Assembly: GCA_965226555.1 (NCBI GenBank)
Contig: CBDDDG010000001.1
Coordinates: 128,001-192,000 of the forward strand
From: Salinispira sp.
GTDB taxonomy: Bacteria > Spirochaetota > Spirochaetia > DSM-27196 > Salinispiraceae
Reading direction: 5' to 3'
DNA length: 64,000 nt
Position 1 is the stretch's first letter; every line of letters starts with the position of its first letter. The notes below the pieces were generated by a model. That model saw only the letters and a program-made list of their open reading frames with translations. It had not been told where the DNA came from and made no database searches. The translations under genes were made by a program, and so were the position numbers. Below are positions 49,885 through 59,579 of the stretch, one piece after another.

Positions 49885-50892
49885 TCAGAATGCACATAAT
49901 ACGCTGATGTTGTCCAGTGTATCAATTACATAGTCTGCCTTTAGTCCCCTGCATCGCGGATCCGATGTCCGTGGGCGGAAACTGCGTTGGTCTCCCGCAA
50001 AAAGAACGGTTCTAAAACCTGCCTGAGAGGCAGCCCAGATATCGTTGAGCATATCGTTGCCGATATACAGCGTTTCCTTCGGTAATATGCCCTGTTCGGA
50101 AAGGCGCGTTGCCATGGTGTTGTAGAGCAGGGCAGATGGTTTTGCCTGTCCTTCCTGAAAGCTGTATATGATCAGATTCGGATGGAAGCCCAGCTGTTCA
50201 GGTGATTTTTTGAGAAAGGCCTGGAAGAGCGCTGGAGTATAGAACTGCGCATTTGATACGATGCCCAGCGGAATGCGGAGGTTGATGAGGCTGCTCAGCA
50301 TGGTACGCAGGCCGGGCATGGGCGCAACGGGGTTTATCACACTTTCATATTCTGCCGCAAACAGCGGAAGTGTATCGTCAGGCATATGCGATACTAAGCC
50401 TATGCCGCGCCAAACATTCCGTATATCAACTTCAGGGTACGGTATGCCGGCTGCCTTTTTTTCGGTATGTTCTGCAATAATTGCCTGCCGGAGGGCGTGC
50501 GCAATTTCCTGCGGATCGGCTGAGATATTATAGCGGCCGAAAACTGTGCAAAGCGCGTGTTCTCTGTTCATTTCATCGCTGCCCGATCCCGCCGTGCTGC
50601 CCGATCCCGCCGTGCTGCCCGATCCCGCCGTGCTGCCCGATCCCGCCGTGCTGCCCGATCCCGCCGTGCTGCCTGTAATGCCGCTGTCCTGAAGGCTGAT
50701 ATCTCCGCTGGAAGATATAAACAGGGTGCCGTAAATATCAAAAATGATCGCCTTTACCGACCGCTGCGGTGGAAGGTTAACATGGGCGTAGGCTCCGAGA
50801 TCTTCGGTAACCGGAATAGGTTCCGCCTTCAGGGAATGTGATCTGAAAATTGCCGCAATTTTTTCATGATCCGGAAACATGCTGATACTCAA
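49885..50892 (-). CDS. HAD-family phosphatase (compatible-solute phosphate phosphatase candidate)
   Basis: FDIYGTL, SNAQFYT, KPS, YIGNDMLNDI; 18-bp x5 TAGSGS insertion. Confidence 0.85.
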   Translation of the reverse strand: MSISMFPDHEKIAAIFRSHSLKAEPIPVTEDLGAYAHVNLPPQRSVKAIIFDIYGTLFISSSGDISLQDSGITGSTAGSGSTAGSGSTAGSGSTAGSGSTAGSGSDEMNREHALCTVFGRYNISADPQEIAHALRQAIIAEHTEKKAAGIPYPEVDIRNVWRGIGLVSHMPDDTLPLFAAEYESVINPVAPMPGLRTMLSSLINLRIPLGIVSNAQFYTPALFQAFLKKSPEQLGFHPNLIIYSFQEGQAKPSALLYNTMATRLSEQGILPKETLYIGNDMLNDIWAASQAGFRTVLFAGDQRSFRPRTSDPRCRGLKADYVIDTLDNISVLCAF

Positions 50893-52541
50893 GAAGATGT
50901 GATCAGAAAAATATTGGCCGGATCAAGGAAGGACTGAAGCAGTACTTCCCTGTTCAGTGGAGGGGAATGTGTTCCAAAGGGCTTGTGAATTATTGCATGA
51001 TAAATTGCCTGAAGCCGGCTGCGGTATTGTGAGTCGCCATAGTTTTTGTATACTGTCTGGTAATTGTGTTCTATAACATCTCTGTCCGCACTCCCGCATG
51101 AATGAAAGGGGCAGGAAAAGAGTTGCGGCACCGATGCTTTTATCGTTTGCGCGCGTTCCGTGTCTGACGCGAGCCTTCGAATAATTTCAGCCTGGTTCAT
51201 TTTGTCAAGCCGGGCAAAGTCGATGTGTGGTCTGGAACCGTACAGCATGGAAAACTGCTGTGCCAGATTATCCAAATTGCGCCGAATATTTTCTGCGGCA
51301 CTATCCAGCCCCTGATTTCTCAGGGCGATGGCAAAGCATGTGAAACGCTTCTGCGATTCTACAATCCATGTTTCCTGAAAGAGGTTCATATCCACTTCTT
51401 CAACAGGCACAGGAATTTCATCGTACATATAGTTCATGTGTATGCCGCTTGCCGTAAAATCGGTATTCACATATGGAATAGTTCTGCCGGCAACGGCTTT
51501 TTGCAGTGTCCATGGTTCAAGAAATGTAAAACCGAAGCCCTCCTGCACAGAAGTGCTGATAAAAAAATCTGCCCGTTCAAGAGCTGCTGCGAATCCTTCC
51601 CGTTCTGCAATGTTAAATTCCACCGGAGCCTTTGTTTCCTTGGCAAAGTTTTCCCAGAAACGGTAGGAGGGGATATCGGCAGGGTTCTTCGGTTTGAGTG
51701 TTATGCCAAAGGTGATGTCATTGAATAAGACCGAGAGGAGAATGAGTTCACCGATATTTTTTCGCCGAATACCGCGAACAGGATAGAGCGCAAATCGTTT
51801 TGATCCTTTACCGGAATGCCTGCCGCTGCTGCCGTCCGGCGCCGCTGGCGCTGCCTGCTGCGCCGCTCCCGCCGCTGCTGCTCCCGGCGCCGCTCCCGCT
51901 GGCGCTGCCTGCGCCACCCCCGCTGCCGCCGCTCCTGCGCCCGGCGCCGCTCCGGCTGGCGCCGTCGCCCCGGGAAGAGGGCTGACCAAATTGGGAATAA
52001 TGTGAATTCTGTCATCGGGAATTCCTGCGCGGGAAAGGGCGCTTTGATCACGGCTATTAATACATCCGTAATGAACATCTGCGGGATAATCTGCCGGAGG
52101 ATACATGGCAGGCCGCCAGTCCTCGGGGAAGTCGTGAATTTGGAGAAAAAGCGGAATTCTGCGTTCCCGGAGAATGTTCAGCGCCGGTAAAAGATCGCTG
52201 TTCTTTGCCAGAGTCGCGTTATGGGCGTGGATAATAGTTTTTTCATGACTTTTTGTGTGAAAAAAGGTCTCAATGCTGTGAAGAATTTTTTCCGTGAGCA
52301 GCAGGGCAGGGCTGGGGGTAGCGGTACTATCCGTTGCGGCTGTATCGTTTCCGTTTACATGACTGCGGTGAACATCGTAGTGAAGTTCAGGTATAATTAC
52401 GACATCCGGCAGTTTCATGGGGTTGTCCCCAGCCAGAATGCAGTGTTTCCAGCCTGCCTGTTCACATACGGCTGCCTGTTGCTGTATTACACGGGTTACA
52501 CCACCCGGTATCAGATGATAATGAAGAAATACTATGTGCAT
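50889..52541 (-). CDS. GT-B fold glycosyltransferase of unknown specificity
   Basis: HYHL.PGGVTRVI, HN..L.KN, HDFPED.RP, YPVRGIRRKNIGE, EGFGF.FLEPW. Confidence 0.8.
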   Translation of the reverse strand: MHIVFLHYHLIPGGVTRVIQQQAAVCEQAGWKHCILAGDNPMKLPDVVIIPELHYDVHRSHVNGNDTAATDSTATPSPALLLTEKILHSIETFFHTKSHEKTIIHAHNATLAKNSDLLPALNILRERRIPLFLQIHDFPEDWRPAMYPPADYPADVHYGCINSRDQSALSRAGIPDDRIHIIPNLVSPLPGATAPAGAAPGAGAAAAGVAQAAPAGAAPGAAAAGAAQQAAPAAPDGSSGRHSGKGSKRFALYPVRGIRRKNIGELILLSVLFNDITFGITLKPKNPADIPSYRFWENFAKETKAPVEFNIAEREGFAAALERADFFISTSVQEGFGFTFLEPWTLQKAVAGRTIPYVNTDFTASGIHMNYMYDEIPVPVEEVDMNLFQETWIVESQKRFTCFAIALRNQGLDSAAENIRRNLDNLAQQFSMLYGSRPHIDFARLDKMNQAEIIRRLASDTERAQTIKASVPQLFSCPFHSCGSADRDVIEHNYQTVYKNYGDSQYRSRLQAIYHAIIHKPFGTHSPPLNREVLLQSFLDPANIFLITSS

Positions 52542-52565
52542 TGTGTGTTCAGTCTTCCTTTCGGA

Positions 52566-53570
52566 TTATGTATTGGGATAAAATCGTTCCTGATATTCCT
52601 TGAGCTCAATAATGGGAGGACGCTCCCGCGCCCGCATTTCTGTCGTAATGTTTTTGTAATTTTCATCTTCCATAGCATATTGGAGAATTTCGTCAAATAG
52701 TTCAGAGTTCAGGTTGATAAGCCCCATCCGTTCTATGCGGCGAATAAATGTCTGCATTACACCGAATGCCATGCGTCCGAGGGCAAGGGTATCCTGATTT
52801 CTGTGCACACGCTTGTCCAAATCGACCTGAGCGATAACATCCATACCCCAGCGTTCATAAATATCGAGCAGCATGGATGTTTCAATACCGTAACCAATGG
52901 GAAAACTCACCTTTTCCAGTATATCGCGGTATCCGGCATATTCACCGCTGAGGGGTTGAATAATCTGACTGAGCCGGGGAGTGAAGAGGCTGAACAGCGG
53001 CCGTATTACCAGCTCAGTAACCCGCCCGCCTCCGGTCGGTTTTACCTGTCCGGCGTCTATGCTGAGCGGCCTATCATAAAAGGCCTTCACATAGCGGACA
53101 TCGTCCCGGAGCAGCAGGGGGCCGAGCAGCCCGTAGGCGAAGCGGTGGTGAATGTTCTTAATATCCGCATCAATATATATAATGATATCGCCCTTCAATA
53201 CATAGAGCGCCTTCCAAAGATTTTCTCCCTTCCCCTTATTTTTCTCCAGTTCCGGAAGAATTTCATCGGCGAGGTAAACATCGACCCCGTAACTTGCCGC
53301 AATTTCCCTGGTTCTGTCGGTGGAGCCGGAATCGATTACCGCAATTTCATCAATGAGCGGATGGCGAATGACCAACTCCGATTTTATAATAATAATTTCC
53401 TTGGCAATGGTCTTTTCTTCATTAAAGGTTGGAAAGCAGAGGGAAATTTTGAGCTTCCGCTTTTTTTTCATGTTGACGAGGGCCTCAATGTCGTTGAAAC
53501 GTGAGTGATGATAGGTATTGTTACGCAGCCAGTTTTTATTCATCAATAATCCCCTGATCAATTGCTTCAA
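52566..53570 (-). CDS. gpgS: Glucosyl-3-phosphoglycerate synthase
   Basis: PTFNEEKTI, IDSGSTD, GKGENLWK, DADI, GGRVTEL..RP, QPLSGEYA, GYGIE. Confidence 0.9.
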   Translation of the reverse strand: MKQLIRGLLMNKNWLRNNTYHHSRFNDIEALVNMKKKRKLKISLCFPTFNEEKTIAKEIIIIKSELVIRHPLIDEIAVIDSGSTDRTREIAASYGVDVYLADEILPELEKNKGKGENLWKALYVLKGDIIIYIDADIKNIHHRFAYGLLGPLLLRDDVRYVKAFYDRPLSIDAGQVKPTGGGRVTELVIRPLFSLFTPRLSQIIQPLSGEYAGYRDILEKVSFPIGYGIETSMLLDIYERWGMDVIAQVDLDKRVHRNQDTLALGRMAFGVMQTFIRRIERMGLINLNSELFDEILQYAMEDENYKNITTEMRARERPPIIELKEYQERFYPNT

Positions 53571-54735
53571 TAATGCCGATGAGCTGGGCTATGCCCTTCA
53601 GGAGAGGGGGTATGGCAATTCGGGCATTTTCCTCGTGGTAGTTCTCGCCGTAGGTGAGGCCGATGGTTATGGCGGGAATGCGGTGTTCAAGAAAAATGGA
53701 GAGCTCCGATTCACTGGATTCTATTATTGGGCTAATTTCCAGAGCTTCAAGAGAGTTAACGGCGGTTTTTACCAACGGATGCGTATATTCCAGACGGTTT
53801 GCGCTCACATTTGAAAGTATGGTTGTGCTGATGTTTACCAAATTTTCATGTTTAACACTGTCAATAATATCTTCAATTTGTGAATAGACCTTCTGAACCA
53901 TCGTGTCGGCATTCGACTCAATTTCAAGGCCCATCTGCGCGGACAGCGCAAGATCGCCATGTTTTACTCCCCCGCGTATTTTACCAATAATAATTTGGGT
54001 GTGCGGACGTTGGGGGAGATGAATTTCCAGTATTTTGTTCATAATTTCATTAAGAATGATGATGGCATTGTTGCCGTATTTGTTTTCCCAACCGGATATT
54101 CTGGGAATGGTACAGGTAATGTTTGTCCGCATCATGGCACGGGAAAAATAATTCAGGCGTCCAAGCTCAACGCCCTCCAGTACAACGCCGCCCCGTATAG
54201 GATGCTGCCAGTGTTTCAGGAATCCCCGAATACCGCTCAGGTTCTGTTCTGCCAGAGATTTCGCCAGACCGAGAAGGAGAATGTCGGAATTGAGGGAAAT
54301 GCCCAGCTCTTCAATAATTTCCGGCAGGCTGAGGAGAATGCCGAGGCTTATGGAATTATCAATAATACCCGGGCCGCTTATGAATTCATCGCTCACTAAA
54401 AAGCTTACTTCCTGGTCAAATTGATAGGCGGTGTCCATGTGGGCAGCAACTGCAATACATGAGCCGCCGCTCCGGTTTCCCGTAATTATTCCCACGGCAT
54501 TTCCCGCGGGGTCGGTGCTCACTTCCTGCAGGCCAAGTTCAGAGAGGCGCTGGAGATAGGCTCGCACACGGAGGTTCGTTGTCGGAATAACCAGATCATC
54601 GGCCTTTGTGTTTATCTCGACCGGCGGAATTTGCCCAATGAGAATGGAGTTTGTAATAATCTGCTCCCGCATGAGTTCAATTTTTTCAACATATTTCGGA
54701 AGCCGTTCCATGATGGCCTGCGACAGTTTTTTCAA
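53536..54735 (-). CDS. M20/M28-family metallopeptidase-like protein
   Basis: AAHMDT, GPGIIDNS, dimerisation domain, G.NYH; the canonical EE motif appears degenerate. Confidence 0.7.
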   Translation of the reverse strand: MKKLSQAIMERLPKYVEKIELMREQIITNSILIGQIPPVEINTKADDLVIPTTNLRVRAYLQRLSELGLQEVSTDPAGNAVGIITGNRSGGSCIAVAAHMDTAYQFDQEVSFLVSDEFISGPGIIDNSISLGILLSLPEIIEELGISLNSDILLLGLAKSLAEQNLSGIRGFLKHWQHPIRGGVVLEGVELGRLNYFSRAMMRTNITCTIPRISGWENKYGNNAIIILNEIMNKILEIHLPQRPHTQIIIGKIRGGVKHGDLALSAQMGLEIESNADTMVQKVYSQIEDIIDSVKHENLVNISTTILSNVSANRLEYTHPLVKTAVNSLEALEISPIIESSESELSIFLEHRIPAITIGLTYGENYHEENARIAIPPLLKGIAQLIGIIEAIDQGIIDE

Positions 54736-56681
54736 TTTTGTACCTCCAGCCAGAGAACTTCCCAGGGAGCCATGGGAATGGTAGTTGTGCCAGTGCCGCC
54801 CGCGCTGAGGCTGATGGTCGCGTTCGTGCTGATGCTGATCCGGTTTCCTTCGAGGAGGTCGGAGAGGAATTTTGGCTGCGCCGTAGTTCCGGAATGTGTC
54901 GATTCAGGAAGATTGATGGCGGCCTGCGCCGTAATGCCGGAAGTATTGATGAGGCAGATAATGCGCTGACCGGCGTCTTTTTGATTAGCGCCTTTTTGAC
55001 CGGCGCCCTTTCCCGAAAATAGTGTTTCTTCACGAAGTACAGCAAAAATCTGAGGCGCCCCCGCGTTAAGTACGCATTGTCCGGCTGCGGGGTGAAAGGC
55101 CTTTTGTCCTCTCCGCACAGTGAGCATGCGCGCCCATCCATGGAAAACCTTGTGCCGCAGACTCCCGGGATCATCCAACTCCTTCATAAGCTCATTGAGA
55201 AAGAGCTTCTGCCGGTTAATACTCCGGTTTGCTCCGGTAAGTGCAACACCTTCCTGCCAGTTTTCACTGCCAATGAGGCTGTGAACGTAAATTCCCGGTA
55301 CTCCCGCCACAGAGAGGAGTATGGCCTGACTGGCAAGAAATTTCCGAATGCGCAATTCTTCGGGGAGTTCCTTTTCGGCAATGGCGCTGAAGTAGTTGAT
55401 ATTGAGTTCATAGGGAATGTTTCCACTGGGAGTAGCCTTGTAACTTATACGTCCGCCTCTATCCGTAACGGCGGTACAGAGACCATCGAGCTCCTCACTG
55501 CTGAGTATGCCCTGCGCAGGGGTTAAACCAATGCCGTCATGACTCGCGCAGAAATTGAAATAGGTACATGTTTGTCCAATAGTCCCCTGATGGATAGTAC
55601 ATGGAGGCGCGCTGGGTATTGTCCGCGCCCAGTTGCTGAGATGACCCGCATCGCCGCGCAGAAAGGCATCGAGAATGAGCGGCGGAAGGCTGAACTGGTA
55701 GATCATATGGGCTTCATTGGAACCGTTCCCGAAATAGCTCATATTTTCTTCATGGGGAACATTGGTTTCGGTAATGAGTATGACCCAAGGAGCGACAGCT
55801 TCGAGAATATGACGATACAGTTGCACAAGCAGATGAGTTTTTCGGTGATGAATGGAGGGTGTGCCCAGTTCCTTCCACAGGTAGGCGATGGCATCGAGCC
55901 GGATAACCTGAACACCCCGTTCAATAAGAAAAAGGGTAACATCAAGCATCCTTACAAGAACATGAGGGTTTGCGAAGTTCAGATCGACCTGATCGGCGCT
56001 AAAGGTTGTCCAGATATTCAGTTCTGCGCCGTCTGCGGCAGTAAAGGCTGTGAGCAGCGGGTGGGTCCGTGGACGGACAACGCCTGCAACATCGGTATCG
56101 GCCGGAAGATTAATAAAAAAATCGCGGTACTCGGGTGAATTATTGAGGAAGTCCTTGAACCATGGTCCCTTTGCCGAACAGTGGTTAAGTACCAGATCGG
56201 CCATGAGGCGGAACTCGCGCGCAATAGAAGAAATATCCTCCCAGGTTCCCAATTCAGAATTTACTTTGTAATAATCGACAATGGAAAAGCCATCGTCCGA
56301 ACTGTAGGGGAAAAAGGGCAATATATGTATGCCGCTTATAACATTCTGCAGGTAGGTTTCGGCAAATTTCCGCAATGAAGGGAGGGATCGGGTGTTTTCC
56401 GCAGCCGATTTTTCGGGAAGAAATGTATCGCCATAGGTAATGAGGAAGGCATCGGTTTCATTCCATGGAAGATTACCGTCCTGCGGCGCCGGATACGCTG
56501 ATGCATATTTTTTGCCGGCGGCTTCAAGTGCATGCCGATGTTCCGCAATGAGTTTTTCAATGTTCTTCAGAGTAGGTCCGGCGCTCCGGTTTTCATACAG
56601 TGCTGATATGAATTGTTCAATATTCAAAAACATTCTCCCCGAAAGTTTTGCCGCAGGCAAAAGTTTCTCCCCATTTCGCAC
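54732..56681 (-). CDS. GH13_18 sugar phosphorylase (glucosylglycerate phosphorylase-like)
   Basis: LITYGD, HILPFFPYSSDDGFS, WTTFSADQVDLN, RLDAIAYLWKE, TETNVPH.EN, ASHDGIG, PYELN. Start is uncertain. Confidence 0.85.
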   Translation of the reverse strand: MRNGEKLLPAAKLSGRMFLNIEQFISALYENRSAGPTLKNIEKLIAEHRHALEAAGKKYASAYPAPQDGNLPWNETDAFLITYGDTFLPEKSAAENTRSLPSLRKFAETYLQNVISGIHILPFFPYSSDDGFSIVDYYKVNSELGTWEDISSIAREFRLMADLVLNHCSAKGPWFKDFLNNSPEYRDFFINLPADTDVAGVVRPRTHPLLTAFTAADGAELNIWTTFSADQVDLNFANPHVLVRMLDVTLFLIERGVQVIRLDAIAYLWKELGTPSIHHRKTHLLVQLYRHILEAVAPWVILITETNVPHEENMSYFGNGSNEAHMIYQFSLPPLILDAFLRGDAGHLSNWARTIPSAPPCTIHQGTIGQTCTYFNFCASHDGIGLTPAQGILSSEELDGLCTAVTDRGGRISYKATPSGNIPYELNINYFSAIAEKELPEELRIRKFLASQAILLSVAGVPGIYVHSLIGSENWQEGVALTGANRSINRQKLFLNELMKELDDPGSLRHKVFHGWARMLTVRRGQKAFHPAAGQCVLNAGAPQIFAVLREETLFSGKGAGQKGANQKDAGQRIICLINTSGITAQAAINLPESTHSGTTAQPKFLSDLLEGNRISISTNATISLSAGGTGTTTIPMAPWEVLWLEVQN

Positions 56682-56781
56682 CCATTATACGCTCATTTTC
56701 CCTGCGTTCCAAGCCCCCGCCCCGAATACTGCCATTTTGCTGATGTCAATAAAATTTTCAGGAGCAGAACTTTGTATTATT

Positions 56782-57198
56782 CTAACAGTGTTCTTGAAAA
56801 TGTTTGTCAGCCGCGTTTTGCAGTACCCTTATTATTTTGTCTTTATCGGTATCAGTGAATAAGGGTTTTGACCATTCTTTTCGAATGTACTTTGGAAAAT
56901 CGCCATTGGATATTACCTTGCCAGAGGCATTGTTGGACTGCTGGGTAAAAAGACTCTCCAGTGTTTCTTTCTGTAATTTGTTAACAAAAAAATCAAAACC
57001 TATTTTCTCTATTTTGCAATGCGCTTCATTTCCCCCCGCATACTGCGTTGAACAATACTCTTGTACTTTATCTGCAAGATTGAAAATGACAGAAAAATAT
57101 CCTTTTAGCTGTTCACGTTCTTTGGCAGATAGACCGCCTGCTTTCCTTACGAGTATTTTCTCTAAATTTTTTCCTGTGAGAAATGGGGTATATGGCAT
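56782..57198 (-). CDS. Hypothetical protein, candidate toxin partner of the Panacea protein
   Basis: 138-aa low-GC ORF starting 7 bp after the Panacea gene stop. Confidence 0.5.
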   Translation of the reverse strand: MPYTPFLTGKNLEKILVRKAGGLSAKEREQLKGYFSVIFNLADKVQEYCSTQYAGGNEAHCKIEKIGFDFFVNKLQKETLESLFTQQSNNASGKVISNGDFPKYIRKEWSKPLFTDTDKDKIIRVLQNAADKHFQEHC

Positions 57199-57205
57199 TG
57201 CTGTG

Positions 57206-57796
57206 TTACAACTTACTGAAAAACAATTCTTTATCTCGATCTTGTTGTTTCTTTTCTTCTCTCAAGGCTGCACGAATAGCCTTTAAGGAAATTGGTTTGA
57301 CGCCAAGTCCCGAATTGGTAGGGTCTTCCCATTCTGTGCAAACCGTATGCGCAATTTTCACTGTTTGCCATTCATCAAAATAGCGGAACATTTCTCCATA
57401 TTTGCGAGCTATGGACATTTCCGCATCATCCAGAAGATGTGGTTCTTCCTTTATATCTTTCCACAACAAAACATCATAGCCCTTTGTCCGTATGTGATTT
57501 TTCCAGAATGAGTTTATTTTTATTTTATCGTTAACCACATCGCCATTCCGTATGAGACTCAGAGTATTTGACAGAACCGGCCCCAACTTCATTGAGACAT
57601 AATAGTCGTTGGTAATAAATCGTTTCTGTTCCTTATACATTTCCCTGTCGCAAAAATAGAGAAGTTTCATGAGCTTGAGGTACGGCATCGTATAGTGCCT
57701 CTTGCCCTTACCCTTCTCTCCCGCGCATTTCAGCAATTCAATTGCCAATGCTGTTGTTTTTTTTTCGTCAAAAACCCTTTCATCCGCTGTGATCAT
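57206..57796 (-). CDS. Panacea (DUF4065/SocA-like) antitoxin-domain protein
   Basis: LKLMKLLYF.DR...I..D.Y.SM.LGPV.S and H....EW.DP; GGAGGT SD. Confidence 0.85.
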   Translation of the reverse strand: MITADERVFDEKKTTALAIELLKCAGEKGKGKRHYTMPYLKLMKLLYFCDREMYKEQKRFITNDYYVSMKLGPVLSNTLSLIRNGDVVNDKIKINSFWKNHIRTKGYDVLLWKDIKEEPHLLDDAEMSIARKYGEMFRYFDEWQTVKIAHTVCTEWEDPTNSGLGVKPISLKAIRAALREEKKQQDRDKELFFSKL

Positions 57797-57904
57797 TTCA
57801 TTACCTCCCTTGTTATGGTAAATAGTTTCTTTGTTTCATCCCTAGTTATCTTACCATAAAACCTCTTTATTATCCGCTATGCGCGCAGGCCGAGCGGTTC
57901 CAAC

Positions 57905-58981
57905 TTAATGCGATCCGTTCCGCACTGTCCGCATTTCCTCATCGCTCAGCCCGGTAACATCCTGAATGTCATGGGCTGAAAATCCTTTGGAAAACATACT
58001 ACGGGCAGTTTCTCGAATGCCTTCTTCACGACCTGTTCGCAGTCCTTCCTGCCGACCTGTCTGCAATCCTTCCTGCCGACCTGTCTGAAGTCCTGTCTGA
58101 AGTCCTTCTTGCAATCCTTCCTGCCGACCTGTCTGAAGTCCTTCTTCGCGGCCTTCCTGCCGACCCATCTCCGCAATGCGGGCTTTGAATGTTTCCGCAT
58201 TCATTCTGAACATTTTCGCTACCTCCTTACCTCTCGGTTCTTTTGTTCTTTCTAACTGGTTCATTAACGTGTCTAAGTCTATAACAATTCCAAACATAGA
58301 ATCTACCACGCCGACAAATTCCTCTATCAGCTCCAGCGATTCCTCATTCAGCATTTCTGCTATCGCTTTCTCCACCTTCCGAATGTCCCAATCCGTATTC
58401 AGCAGATTTTTCGAGTACAGATCAAGGTACATAACAGCCGCAAACATTCTTCCCCGCTGCTGCAGCTGCTCCGCAGAATAATCGTTCTCACTTATCAGAT
58501 CGTAGGGAAAGGGGGCAAGATACTGCGGGAATTTCCGTTTCCGTTGCTTTCTGACATTCCCGGGCACCTTCCATTTTCTCGTACCATTATAAAACACAAT
58601 GGGCAGAAATATCAATTCGCAGTCATCGGGAATTGCGCCGGAGCGGTGAATGTTCCGATAGAGAAGGTTTGTGTACTCCGACATGCGGAGGGGCATGTCT
58701 TTGTCCACTCCGGACTGATGCTCAAGGAGCACATAAATGACAACATCTCCCGTGTGATCCTTCTGCGTTATTTTGCAGACAATGTCGGCCATCCGTGTTT
58801 TCGCATGGTCGATGAAAAAGGTACCGTTTTCAATGGTTATGTCCTCGGTTCGCAGTTTTTTCGTCCATGCGCCTCCGACAAAGCGTTGAAGAAATTGGAG
58901 CATTATTGCGGGTTGGAACAGCAGGGATCGGTATCCTTGGTCGTAGGGAACGGGGGCGGGTTTTTCTTTGAAATCGATCAT
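57905..58981 (-). CDS. Divergent Rpn-family nuclease (intact) with RpnS frame 58213-57905
   Basis: YD..YR.L, ADIV, LLEHQS.VD..MPLRM..Y, PIVFYNG..W; internal TAAGGAGGTagcgaaaATG. Confidence 0.9.
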   Translation of the reverse strand: MIDFKEKPAPVPYDQGYRSLLFQPAIMLQFLQRFVGGAWTKKLRTEDITIENGTFFIDHAKTRMADIVCKITQKDHTGDVVIYVLLEHQSGVDKDMPLRMSEYTNLLYRNIHRSGAIPDDCELIFLPIVFYNGTRKWKVPGNVRKQRKRKFPQYLAPFPYDLISENDYSAEQLQQRGRMFAAVMYLDLYSKNLLNTDWDIRKVEKAIAEMLNEESLELIEEFVGVVDSMFGIVIDLDTLMNQLERTKEPRGKEVAKMFRMNAETFKARIAEMGRQEGREEGLQTGRQEGLQEGLQTGLQTGRQEGLQTGRQEGLRTGREEGIRETARSMFSKGFSAHDIQDVTGLSDEEMRTVRNGSH

Positions 58982-59579
58982 ATAATCCTCCTGAATGTTT
59001 CTTCTGAACGTTTCTTTCTGAATAGGGGATCTCCCATGGCGACATGGTCCCATGGTGAATTCTCTCCTCTATATCTGTGACGGGTAAACTGTCATTTTTG
59101 ACTGTGTTTTTGGAAATAATTTGCAAAATGTGTGATTTTTTTTGGGGCTACGGGAGGGGATGGCTCGGGAATGCGGGTAGTGGACGGGAAGGGGTGCGCT
59201 CAGGATAGCGCGTCTATGGCGATATCCGACTGACTGCGTAAGCGATAGCCCGAAAATTGAGCTGCGTGGGTCAGCGTGTACCATGCCGATATAATCTTTT
59301 TCCATACCATATAGACGGGTAAAATATGAACGGTGAATATGAGAAAGTTTTTGAAAAACTTTCTATACCTTGAGAGTATGCTAAGCACAAAGACAGCATT
59401 CCAAATGGGATATTGACCTGATCCAGACGTATGGGCGAGCAGGCGCGGAGCGCCGACCAGCCCAGGAGGCGCAAGCCTCCGACCAGCCGCCACTTGATCG
59501 AAAAAAGGCAGGTGCGGATTTTTTCCGCGCCTGCCTGAGTTGAATTGTAACGTTGCAATAGTTACTGCGGGCTATAAAA

